Below are positions 27,102 to 36,200 of a DNA stretch of 44,208 nt, piece by piece. The notes beneath the pieces are model-generated. The model was not told where the DNA came from. It saw only the letters and a program-made list of their open reading frames with translations, and did no database searches. Position numbers and translations under genes: made by a program. The stretch is from Candidatus Methylacidiphilales bacterium (GTDB lineage: Bacteria; Bacteroidota; Bacteroidia; UKL13-3). The DNA is taken from NCBI GenBank assembly GCA_041730515.1, contig JBGSBN010000001.1, forward strand, positions 1 to 44,208. The letters are read 5' to 3'. How positions within the stretch are numbered: the stretch's first letter is position 1; each line of letters begins with the position of its first letter.

Positions 27102-27848
27102 TTACTCTGCATAAAGTGCTTTAATTTCATCGGAATTTAAAACGCGGTTATACATTCTTATATCGTCAATTGCCCCTTGAAAATAGTAGTTTCTTCCATA
27201 ACCTCCGCCATTACCAATTACCAATGGTTTATCGGTATTTGAAAAAACAGTACCACTTACTTTTAAATCAGTACCTGTTTGCAGCACTCCATTTACATAT
27301 ACTTTTAAATTGGTGCCATCGGCAATAAAAACAAGGTGTTGCCAATTATTTAAATTAATACTTGCTGAGGCGTTTAATGGATCAATTCCGTAAATGGTAT
27401 TGGTTCCGTTTTCAATCCAATTGTCAAAGTTAAAATATTCCTTGTTTCTAAAATGATTATCTAAACTATACTCAAAACCACCAAATGCACTGCGTTTACT
27501 AAAAACGGCACAAGGTTTTGTGGTATCTTCTAATAATACCCAACAACTGGTGGTAAATATTCCATTGGTAAAAGAAGCATTTTCTAAATCGCCAAAGCTA
27601 ACTATACTTGAATCAACCCTATTAAAATGCAAGGCAGCATTGGCCAACCCTTTTCTGTTTGGGCAGAAGGTAGTTGCTTTATTTACACCTACTGATTCTG
27701 AAATTTTTTCAACCAGCGAGCTGTCGAAGGGAATATTTACCACTAAGCCATTGTTTAAATTAACCACAGGGGTTATGTCTATAAGGGTATCTGTACCACA
27801 ACTGGCCAGTAAAAAAAAGATGCTTAAGCTGGATATTATTTTTTTCAT
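27102..27848 (-). CDS. LamG-like (concanavalin A-like lectin fold) lipoprotein
   Basis: Lipobox LLASC. LamG_3-type C-terminal signature YFQGAIDDIRMYNRVLNSDEIKALY. Confidence 0.65.
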   Translation of the reverse strand: MKKIISSLSIFFLLASCGTDTLIDITPVVNLNNGLVVNIPFDSSLVEKISESVGVNKATTFCPNRKGLANAALHFNRVDSSIVSFGDLENASFTNGIFTTSCWVLLEDTTKPCAVFSKRSAFGGFEYSLDNHFRNKEYFNFDNWIENGTNTIYGIDPLNASASINLNNWQHLVFIADGTNLKVYVNGVLQTGTDLKVSGTVFSNTDKPLVIGNGGGYGRNYYFQGAIDDIRMYNRVLNSDEIKALYAE

Positions 27849-27920
27849 AAATGGAGTTCTCCCAATATTATTTTCTGATAATTATTTGTATTGATAAATT
27901 GGGTAAGGTAAGTTCAATTT

Positions 27921-27965
27921 AAAAAACAAAGGTTTTGCTATTAGTAACGAAACCTTTGTTTTTTT
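27921..27965 (-). terminator. Bidirectional-type terminator (15-bp perfect stem)
   Basis: aaaaaacaaaggttt / aaacctttgtttttt with a 14-nt loop. It lies downstream of the minus-strand gene ending at 27983. Confidence 0.65.
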
Positions 27966-27982
27966 GTTATATTAAACAGCAA

Positions 27983-28225
27983 TTATTTGTTGCCTTTGTA
28001 CCTTTTATCAAGCGTTCCGTCTTTTTTTAACTTTGGCTTATTGGTTTTGTATCTTTTATCAGGTGTGCCATCTTTTTTTAATTTTACTTCTTCATTCGCC
28101 ACCTTTTTTTGCTCTTTAGGAGCAACTTTTACTGCTTCAGTTTTTTTAGGTTTTTGCTGCGCAAAACTTGCTGTTGAAAAACTAAAAACCAAAAATAATA
28201 GGACTAATTTTGTTAAATTCTTCAT
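27983..28225 (-). CDS. Small secreted lysine-rich protein with tandem KLKKDGTxDKRYK repeats
   Basis: Signal peptide MKNLTKLVLLFLVFSFSTASFAQ, then a highly basic region containing two copies of LKKDGT(P/L)DKRYK.NK. Confidence 0.6.
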   Translation of the reverse strand: MKNLTKLVLLFLVFSFSTASFAQQKPKKTEAVKVAPKEQKKVANEEVKLKKDGTPDKRYKTNKPKLKKDGTLDKRYKGNK

Positions 28226-28250
28226 GGGTTATTTTTATTAATTGATATCC

Positions 28251-28258
28251 CAAAAATA
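28251..28258 (-). promoter_or_regulatory. -7 motif TAnnTTTG (TAttTTTG on the minus strand)
   Basis: The reverse complement of caaaaata. It lies 25 nt upstream of the ATG at 28225. Confidence 0.4.
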
Positions 28259-28288
28259 ACTTTAGTAGTTATAAATCCAAATTATATT

Positions 28289-28296
28289 TAGCTTTG
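28289..28296 (+). promoter_or_regulatory. -7 motif TAnnTTTG (TAgcTTTG)
   Basis: Exact motif 10 nt upstream of the ATG at 28307. Confidence 0.35.
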
Positions 28297-28306
28297 ACAA
28301 TTATAT

Positions 28307-29107
28307 ATGGAAAAATTTTATCTATCAGCTAAAAAAAGCAATGATGTAAAGGCAAAAAAACATTTAGGACAGCATTTTTTAAATGATGAAACCATTGCTT
28401 TTAATATAGTTAAAGCATTTACAGACAAATGCGAAACGCCTGATATTCTTGAAATTGGACCTGGAATGGGAGTTTTAACAAAATACTTATTACAGAATAC
28501 TACTTTTAAAACTTGGGCTATTGATTTAGATAAGGAGTCAATTGCTTATTTAAATAAAAACTATCCTGAATTAGATAATAGATTACTAGAAGCCGATTTT
28601 TTGGCCTTAAATTTTCAAAATTACTTTAAAAACGAATTTAGTTTAATTGGAAATTTTCCTTACAATATTTCTAGTCAAATTGTATTTAGTTTAATTGACA
28701 ATAGACACAAAATACCGCTTATGGTAGGTATGTTTCAAAAAGAAGTAGCCGAGAGATTAGGTGCTAAGCCACGAACGAAAGATTATGGTATTTTAAGTGT
28801 AATTACACAAGCTTATTTCGATGTTGAATACCTTTTTACAGTGAACGAAACAGTGTTTATCCCACCTCCTAAGGTAAAGTCAGGTGTGGTAAGGCTTATC
28901 CGCAAAAATACTGAATTGGGTTGCGATCCCAAAAAGTTTAAACAAGTAGTAAAATTGGCATTTAATCAACGAAGAAAAAAATTAAGCAACGCCATAAGTT
29001 CTTTGGTGCAAGATAAAAGTTTGATAACAGCTTATGCCGACAAACGTGCAGAGGAGTTAAGTGTGCAAGATTTTGTAAACTTAACCATTATTTTATTAGG
29101 CGAATAA
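28307..29107 (+). CDS. rsmA: 16S rRNA (adenine1518/1519-N6)-dimethyltransferase
   Basis: Motifs LGQHFL, EIGPGMG, GNFPYNISS and FNQRRKKL. Confidence 0.9.
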   Translation: MEKFYLSAKKSNDVKAKKHLGQHFLNDETIAFNIVKAFTDKCETPDILEIGPGMGVLTKYLLQNTTFKTWAIDLDKESIAYLNKNYPELDNRLLEADFLALNFQNYFKNEFSLIGNFPYNISSQIVFSLIDNRHKIPLMVGMFQKEVAERLGAKPRTKDYGILSVITQAYFDVEYLFTVNETVFIPPPKVKSGVVRLIRKNTELGCDPKKFKQVVKLAFNQRRKKLSNAISSLVQDKSLITAYADKRAEELSVQDFVNLTIILLGE

Positions 29108-29132
29108 TGGAACACTTAGTTTTGCACTTAAT

Positions 29133-29657
29133 TTAAAGTAGCTTTAAAATTTCTTGCGCCTTCTTTTTATAAATGGTATTTTGATTTACTAATTGATTTA
29201 AAATTTCTTTCGAATCAGCTATTCTATTGGCTTTTAGCATGGCTAATGACATATACCACCTTGCCACTGTTTTATCGTTAAACATGTTAAACGATTCAAC
29301 CGATTCGTCAAAATGCCTGATAGCTACATTGGTATAACCACATTTAAAAAAACAAATGCCGGCATAAAGGTTATAATATCCATCGTACCGGGGTTCTGGC
29401 TCATATTTTCTAAACGTTTCCATGGCAATTTGATAGTTGCCTAAGGTATAATATTTCATGGCTGTTAAAGCCAAACTACTGGTATCTGTAAAGCTATCGG
29501 ATGAGGTATAATAATTAGGATAAACCTTAAAATTTTCGTTTACGATGGAGTCAATATTGGTGTCGGCATACTTATCTGGATTATAAATAAACCAAACAAT
29601 ACCACTTATAAATGTAAGTATTAATAATATAATTAGTATGTTGAGTGCTCTTTTCAT
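29133..29657 (-). CDS. Membrane-anchored TPR-like protein
   Basis: N-terminal TM segment (ALNILIILLILTFISGIVWFIY) followed by TPR-like helices (YYTLGNYQIAMETF; NLYAGICFFKCGYTNVAIRHF). Confidence 0.5.
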   Translation of the reverse strand: MKRALNILIILLILTFISGIVWFIYNPDKYADTNIDSIVNENFKVYPNYYTSSDSFTDTSSLALTAMKYYTLGNYQIAMETFRKYEPEPRYDGYYNLYAGICFFKCGYTNVAIRHFDESVESFNMFNDKTVARWYMSLAMLKANRIADSKEILNQLVNQNTIYKKKAQEILKLL

Positions 29658-29664
29658 CCTTTAA

Positions 29665-30303
29665 TTATCGCATGTCGTTAATTTCTACACCAGGATATTT
29701 TTTGGGATTAAATGTAAAATAGCCGTCTTCAAACTTAATATTTGGAATTTGGTTGGTAATGGTATAAGTATGAATGCTTCCGTTTTTATCAAATATTACG
29801 CTTCTTACTATTTGCTGATTATTTTTTTCTATGTATAGCTTAATCTTAAAATAGTTTTTCTTTTTATCTTTTGGAGCTAATTCAATAACAGTTAATTCGC
29901 GGCCATTTTCTTTTACCACTTCAGCTATTCGGCTTACAAAACCTTTGCTATACATGGTAAAAATATCATCTAACTTCATTACACCTTCTTTAGGTTTATA
30001 ATGCTGAATATTTACTTCATTAATCTCTTTGCTGTAAGTCCATTGGGTTTTGTTATCGCAAATAATAGTTTGACCAGCTATATCTAATCTAAACTTATTG
30101 CCTTTAATTACAATATTACCTTTTTGTTTTTCGTTTATTTTTTCAGCTTTACTTTCTACACTGTAGGTAAAGTCGGCTTTTATTGATTTAAATTTTTTGT
30201 ACCTTTTACTAATTTTATCAATTAGTAAATCTGCCTCTTTACTACTTTGAGCAAAGCTACTTAAGGTTAAAAAACTTAAAATGATTAGAATATATTTTTT
30301 CAC
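29665..30303 (-). CDS. lolA: LolA-like outer-membrane lipoprotein carrier protein
   Basis: Signal peptide ending SFAQ. The ~210-aa size and the pattern LIDKISKRYKKFKSIKADFTY...KGNIVIKGNKFRLD are typical of Bacteroidota LolA. Confidence 0.6.
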   Translation of the reverse strand: MKKYILIILSFLTLSSFAQSSKEADLLIDKISKRYKKFKSIKADFTYSVESKAEKINEKQKGNIVIKGNKFRLDIAGQTIICDNKTQWTYSKEINEVNIQHYKPKEGVMKLDDIFTMYSKGFVSRIAEVVKENGRELTVIELAPKDKKKNYFKIKLYIEKNNQQIVRSVIFDKNGSIHTYTITNQIPNIKFEDGYFTFNPKKYPGVEINDMR

Positions 30304-30339
30304 AATGATTACTTTAAGGGTGTAAATGTACTAAAAAAA

Positions 30340-30591
30340 TTATGAACGAAGGTTTTTACTAATTTCAATTACTTTATTAATTAGCATAATTACAAAAAGT
30401 CCGGGCCAAATAAGTGCCGATTTGCTTTCGTAATTTACCAAAATGATGCACGAAATTACCCCAATATTAAATGCGGCAACTACCACAAATACAAGCTGCA
30501 ACACCATATTTTGGGTTTTTAAAAGTGAAAGCGCTGTAAAAATTAATAACATTATTACAGAAAAAATTGCGGTTATAACGGCTATGTTCAT
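30340..30591 (-). CDS. Possible small three-TM membrane protein
   Basis: Hydrophobic 83-aa ORF co-oriented with lolA, 36 nt upstream of it. The ATG at 30591 avoids overlap with the divergent M61 start codon. There is no homology evidence. Confidence 0.35.
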   Translation of the reverse strand: MNIAVITAIFSVIMLLIFTALSLLKTQNMVLQLVFVVVAAFNIGVISCIILVNYESKSALIWPGLFVIMLINKVIEISKNLRS

Positions 30592-30605
30592 ATTTTGCAA
30601 CAAAT

Positions 30606-32036
30606 ATGAAATACCAACTATCAATAAACAAGGCTTTAGAAAATTTTATTGAAATTGAAGCCGAAATAAGCACAAACGAGCCCGAAATTGTATTGCAATT
30701 ACCTGCTTGGAGGCCCGGTAGGTATGAGCTTGCTAACTTTGCAAAAAATATTAGGTGTTTTAAGGCCACCGCCCAAAATGGGGTGGAACTAAAAGTTAGA
30801 AAACAAACCAAAGACAGTTGGAAAATATATAATATTGATAACAATAATAAAATCACTATTTATTACGAATATTATGCTAATCAGCTAGATGCGGGTGCGT
30901 GTTTTTTAAATACTGAGCAATTATATGTGAACCCTGTGCATTGTTTTATGTATCAAGTTGGAAAAATAGATGAACCTTTTGAGGTAAAATTAAATATTCC
31001 TTCTGATTATACGATTGCTTGTCAATTGCCCCACAATCAACATATAATAATGGCCAACAATTTTGACCAATTGGCCGATAGTCCATTTATTGCAAGCGCA
31101 AGTTTGCAGCACCACGAGTTTATGGTTGAAAATACTAAAATTCATTTTTGGTTTCAGGGTAAACACGAAATAGATTTAAAGCAATTAGAAATTGATACCA
31201 TAGCTTATACCAAAGCTCAAACTGCTATTTTTAAAGAGTTACCTTGCCTAGATTATCATTTTTTGTATCAAATTTTACCTACTCCTTTTAGGCATGGGGT
31301 AGAACATGCCGATAGCACCGTAATAGCTATGGGTATGAGCAACGAAATGCTACGCGATGATTTTTACAACGACCTATTGGCCATAAGTAGTCACGAATTG
31401 TTTCATTTATGGAATATTAAGCGAATTAGACCCGAAAGCATGTGGCCTTACGATTTTACCAAAGAAAATTACAGTCATTTGGGTTATGTTTACGAAGGAA
31501 TAACCACTTATTATGGTGATTTAATGCTGCTTAGAAGCGGAGTTTGGAGTTGGGAACAGTATGCAGATAGTTGGAATGGCGATTTTTTACGACATGTAAA
31601 CAATGTTGGCAACCAAAACTATTCGGTAGCCGAATCGAGTTTCGATACTTGGTTAGATGGCTATGTGGCTGGAGTGCCCGCCCGAAAAGTAAGTATTTAC
31701 GTAGAAGGAATGCTTGCAGCAATGCTTGCCGATTTAACCATTATAAAAAACTCGAATGGAAAATTTAGTTTAGATAATGTAATGCACGAGTTATACCATT
31801 TGTATTATAAAAATAACAAAGGATATACCGAAAACGACTATAAATTGCTGCTTGAAAAGTATGGCCAAGAAAGTTTTGAACGTTATTTTGAGACAGTTAT
31901 ATGGGGGAAAAATAAAATAATAGCAGAATTACAAAACATTTTACCTTACTTTGATTGTTCAATAGATAACAATAAGTTAACAAAAAGCATAAATTCTGAA
32001 AATAATTCGCTTTTTAATTTTTTGGTTAACAGATAG
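30606..32036 (+). CDS. M61 family (glycyl aminopeptidase-like) zinc metallopeptidase
   Basis: HEXXH within HELFHLWNIKRIRP, plus the downstream EGITTYY motif characteristic of M61. Confidence 0.75.
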   Translation: MKYQLSINKALENFIEIEAEISTNEPEIVLQLPAWRPGRYELANFAKNIRCFKATAQNGVELKVRKQTKDSWKIYNIDNNNKITIYYEYYANQLDAGACFLNTEQLYVNPVHCFMYQVGKIDEPFEVKLNIPSDYTIACQLPHNQHIIMANNFDQLADSPFIASASLQHHEFMVENTKIHFWFQGKHEIDLKQLEIDTIAYTKAQTAIFKELPCLDYHFLYQILPTPFRHGVEHADSTVIAMGMSNEMLRDDFYNDLLAISSHELFHLWNIKRIRPESMWPYDFTKENYSHLGYVYEGITTYYGDLMLLRSGVWSWEQYADSWNGDFLRHVNNVGNQNYSVAESSFDTWLDGYVAGVPARKVSIYVEGMLAAMLADLTIIKNSNGKFSLDNVMHELYHLYYKNNKGYTENDYKLLLEKYGQESFERYFETVIWGKNKIIAELQNILPYFDCSIDNNKLTKSINSENNSLFNFLVNR

Positions 32037-32041
32037 GATTA

Positions 32042-32049
32042 TATATTTG
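32042..32049 (+). promoter_or_regulatory. -7 motif TAnnTTTG (TAtaTTTG)
   Basis: Exact motif 29 nt upstream of the ATG at 32078. Confidence 0.4.
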
Positions 32050-32077
32050 AAACATCGTTTAAACCAATATTTTTACT

Positions 32078-32788
32078 ATGCAAAAAGTAAAACTTGAATG
32101 TGAAATGTGCGACTCAAAAGCCATTTCATTTATGAAATTTTGTACTCCAGAAGAAACACTTGCCGTTTCTAATGCCAAATCGTGTGGTTATTACAAAAAA
32201 GGGCAATCCATTTTTTATGAAGACAATTTACCCCTTGGAATTTATTGTATTACTAAAGGAATAGTAAAACTTACCCGAAGTAATAATTTTGGTAAAGAGC
32301 AAATATTGCGTTTTGCTAAAGAAGGTGAATTTTTAGGTTACAGGGCTGTAATAGCCGAAGAATCTTTAACAGCAACTGCCACTTGTATTGAAGATGTAAC
32401 AGCTTGTTTTATTCCACGCCAAGTATTTTTAGACCTATTGCAAAGCAATGCAGAAATAAACAAACAAATGTTTAAAGCATTGTGTCACGATATGGGTTTA
32501 AATAATGAAAAAGTGCAAAGCTTAGCTCAAAAAAGTGTGAGAGAAAGAGTGGCAGAAACCATTTTATATTTACACCAAACCTTTGCTCAAAAATCGATAG
32601 AAGAAGAACCTGTAATTCCAATAAGTCTTCCTCGTGAAGATTTAGCCAATATAGTTGGAACTGCTACGGAAACTTTAATTAGATTGCTTTCGGAATTTAA
32701 AACCGACAAGTACATTGATTTTGAAGGTAAGCGAATAAAAATTTTAAATAAAGGCGCGTTAGAACGAATCTCTCACGCTACAGTATAA
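32078..32788 (+). CDS. Crp/Fnr family transcriptional regulator with N-terminal Cys cluster
   Basis: cNMP-binding-like beta-roll, C-terminal HTH (REDLANIVGTATETLIRLLSEF), and N-terminal cysteines in CEMCDS...FC...SC. Confidence 0.8.
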   Translation: MQKVKLECEMCDSKAISFMKFCTPEETLAVSNAKSCGYYKKGQSIFYEDNLPLGIYCITKGIVKLTRSNNFGKEQILRFAKEGEFLGYRAVIAEESLTATATCIEDVTACFIPRQVFLDLLQSNAEINKQMFKALCHDMGLNNEKVQSLAQKSVRERVAETILYLHQTFAQKSIEEEPVIPISLPREDLANIVGTATETLIRLLSEFKTDKYIDFEGKRIKILNKGALERISHATV

Positions 32789-32796
32789 AATACTTA

Positions 32797-32832
32797 AAAG
32801 CTCTGCTAAATAATTTTAGCAGGGCTTTTTTT
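32797..32832 (+). terminator. Rho-independent terminator
   Basis: Stem aaaagctctgctaaa/tttagcagggctttt (one wobble pair) with loop taat, followed by a T-run. Confidence 0.7.
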
Positions 32833-33194
32833 ATTAATTTGCGGTTGGTGTTTGCTGCTTTGGATTTTACCCAATGAAAAGCATGGTTTAGCTAAACTCA
32901 ATCCAAACTTATTCAACAGGACTGTAGATAAATATTTATCAGAACTTTTTAATGAAAACGATTTTAGATTTAAATAAAATTTTATAAGGAAACAGCACAG
33001 CAAATCTTAAAAGAACTTCCATTAGTGTTTATACAATAGCTTGATTCTGTATTCATGCTTTTGGGATAGTCTCTCTTTTTTGTTTATAGAGTTAGTTTAA
33101 TAGATGAATTAAATGGATGTGAGTATAATAATTGCACTTACGAAAATGTATTTGCAAAAGCAATCTTTGGTAGTTAATGTAAAATTTATATAAA

Positions 33195-33202
33195 TATATT
33201 TG
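33195..33202 (+). promoter_or_regulatory. -7 motif TAnnTTTG (TAtaTTTG)
   Basis: Exact motif 45 nt upstream of the ATG at 33247. Confidence 0.4.
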
Positions 33203-33246
33203 CTTTAGTCTAAAAAAAAATGTATTTTCCGCAAAAATAAATTATT

Positions 33247-36200
33247 ATGAAAAAAAAATTTTTACTATCTATTTTAATGGTTGCTGTTTGTTTTACCAAA
33301 GCTTTTAGCCAACTATCTGCCACTTTACCTGCAAGCAATGCAACAGTTATTGCGGGTACTTATGTCGATTTGGGCACTGGTGGCTCTGTAATCACCACAC
33401 TAAATACGGATGATGCCAACTCTGCCGCTATTCCTATTGGCTTTACTTACAATTTTAATGGAGCCGCTTATACCGATTTCATTTTAAACACAAATGGATT
33501 TATTAAGTTAGGAACGGCTAATCCCTCAACCGCAGCTTTATTTTTCAGCACCGGAAATGGAACTGTTGGAGGACCTTTTAACAGCACAAGTTTATTGGAT
33601 ACAAGCTTAATTATGGCATTTAACCACGATTTGATTGGTGCTGTGGGTGCTGAGTACAGATCACAAACCACAGGAACCGTTGGAACTAGGGTGTGTACTA
33701 TTCAGTTTAAAAATGTAACTGAAAAAACAACTACACCTGCTGTGCAATATGCCAATATGAATTTTCAGATTAAGTTATTTGAAGGTAGTGATATTATTCA
33801 AATTATTTATGGAGGGTTTACAGCTTCTGGAAATGCTACTGCTTTTAAAACGGCTGCTGTGGGAGTGAAAGGAAGCAATAACCTAACTGCTAATATAATG
33901 GCAATAACTAAAGGTTCGGTAACTGCATGGAATGCACCTACTTTTCTTACAGGTAATTATACAGGTAATGCCTTCAATTTTGGAAATGGCACTAGACCAC
34001 TTCCAGTTTCGGGTACTATTTATCAGTTAGTACCAACTAAACCAAATGACATTGCAGTAACAGGGTTATTTACTTTAGGTAAACTTCCTATAGCTTATGC
34101 TTCTCCTCATGCGGTAAAAGCACGTATTAAAAATAACGGAACTGCTACTCAAACCAATTTTTATGTAACTTTAACTTTAAGCGGTGTAAATGCATTTGTT
34201 GATTCTGTTCTTATTACATCAATTGCACCCAATATTGATTCGTTAATTACTTTTGCTCCTTATACTCCTAGTATTGTTGGTACTAATTTAGTTACAGTAA
34301 GTGTGTTAAGTGATGATAATAGTTCAAACAATGTAAGAACTTATGGGCAAATATCAAACGATAATTCATATACCTATGCAGATCCTAATTTACCAGCAGC
34401 GGGTGGAGTAGGTTTTACTGGTGCAACTGGAGACTTTGTTGCTAAGTTCCCATACTCAGGAGTTGCCAATGCAATCAATCAAATAGGGGTGAATTTTTTT
34501 GGTGGTGGTGTATCATTAGCTGTTGGTATTTGGTCAAGAAATACTTTAACAGGATTACCAGGCACTCTTTTGTGGCAATCAGCTACTTTTACCAGCTTGA
34601 CAGGTTTAAATACCATTCCTGTTTCTCCAGCAGTAGCTATTTCCGATACTTTTTTTGTGGGTGTAATTCAGTCTTCAACTATCAATGCTAATTTTGCTTT
34701 TCAAAATGAAAATCCAATAAGGGCTCAAACATTTTTCTTTACTTCACCAACAGGTAATACCGCTTGGACCGATTTTTCGCCCGGAAGCCCCTTTAGATTT
34801 ATGGTTGAACCTAGGTTACAAACACCAAATGATGTTGGATTTACCGCTGTTGACTACCCTTGTAAAGTTTTACCACAAGGCCAAACTGCTTTTAATCCTA
34901 TAGGAAATATTTCAAACTTTGGAACACTAACTCAATCAGGTTTCAATGTTAAATGTGCTATTTTTAATGCAAGTAATGTACAAGTTTATACTTCTACTAC
35001 TACTTCACCAACTATCTTGGGAGGTCAATCGTCACCAGTTTCGTTTCCTGCTACTTTTAATCCCACTACTGCTGGTACTTTTACTATAAAAATTTGGAGT
35101 GAACTTTTTGGTGATGCTAGTACCGTTAATGATACTTCTATCGCTGCTTTTACGGTAAATAATATTGCTTTGGTGGGTGGTACTGAAACGCGCTTACAAT
35201 TCAATGGAACTACAGGTTATATTGAGGTTGCTAATAAGTCGTCAGTTAAGCCTGTTACAAATTTTACTATTGAAACATGGGTACTAGGAAACAATGCTTT
35301 GTTGAATCCTGGTTGTATTTATTCATCAGATTCTAGCAATTCAGATACAAGTATAACCATAGAAACAATAGGCAGACGTATTGGAGTTACATTGCGTACC
35401 AGCAATGGATTGTTTTTCCTTACCAGCAACGATACCATTCCTACCAATAACTGGGCTCACGTAGCTGTAAAATATGACGGTGCAGAATTAACTGTTTATG
35501 TAAATGGAGATACTGCGGGTACAATAGCCGTTACTGGTAATGTTTTATATAAAAATAGCCCTGTTTATATTGGTAGAAGATCGGGCTCTAAATCAACAGC
35601 AGGTGTTTCTGTTCTTAATGGTGGTTTAGATGAATTTAGGATTTGGAATATAGCAAGAACACAAACTCAAATTATACAAAATATGCATAGAAAGATTGCC
35701 AATTTTTCTCAACCCAATTTAATGGCTTATTATAGAATGAATGAAGGAGCTGGAAGCGCTTCTATATCTGATGCCTCTGGTAATTGTAATAGTGGAGATT
35801 TAGTAAATTTAGATCCTGCTACACAGTGGTTTACTGGTTCGGTATTGTTAGATACTACTTCGGCTACTATTTTTAATATTACCAGTAATACATTGCAAAC
35901 AAGTACTACACATCAAATAGGAGTAAGGGTTGAAAATCCCACAGGTATAGGTTCTTTTGCTGTTTATTCTGCTTTACAGCCTATTATAGGAACTTCACCT
36001 ACAGGTTTTACCAATAATAGTACTAGAACATGGATGGTATATAAGTATGGCGATCTTACTTTTGACAGTGTAAGAGTCGAATTCGGTGTTCCAAGTGGAA
36101 GTATTTTGGCTTCATCGACCAATAATGATTTGGCTTTAAACGGCAGATTGATGGGTTTTGGAGCTTGGACCAATACCAGAAGCAGTGCTGCCAGTTTCCA

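Noticed and set aside
27520-28241. Plus-strand ORFs 27520-27894 and 27987-28241
   Set aside because: They lie opposite the LamG lipoprotein and the Lys-rich secreted protein. Both of those have proper signal peptides or a lipobox, and one has a downstream terminator on the minus strand.
30592-30624. Divergent start-codon overlap between the 94-aa minus ORF and the M61 gene
   Set aside because: The overlap is resolved by using the internal ATG at 30591 for the minus ORF. It is an artefact of the longest-ORF calling rule.
30467-30856. 129-aa minus-strand ORF overlapping the M61 peptidase start
   Set aside because: It overlaps both the M61 gene, which has strong motifs, and the small membrane ORF. 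It has no signal of its own.
32806-33003. 65-aa minus-strand ORF downstream of the Crp/Fnr gene
   Set aside because: It runs through the Crp/Fnr terminator hairpin and has no recognisable features.
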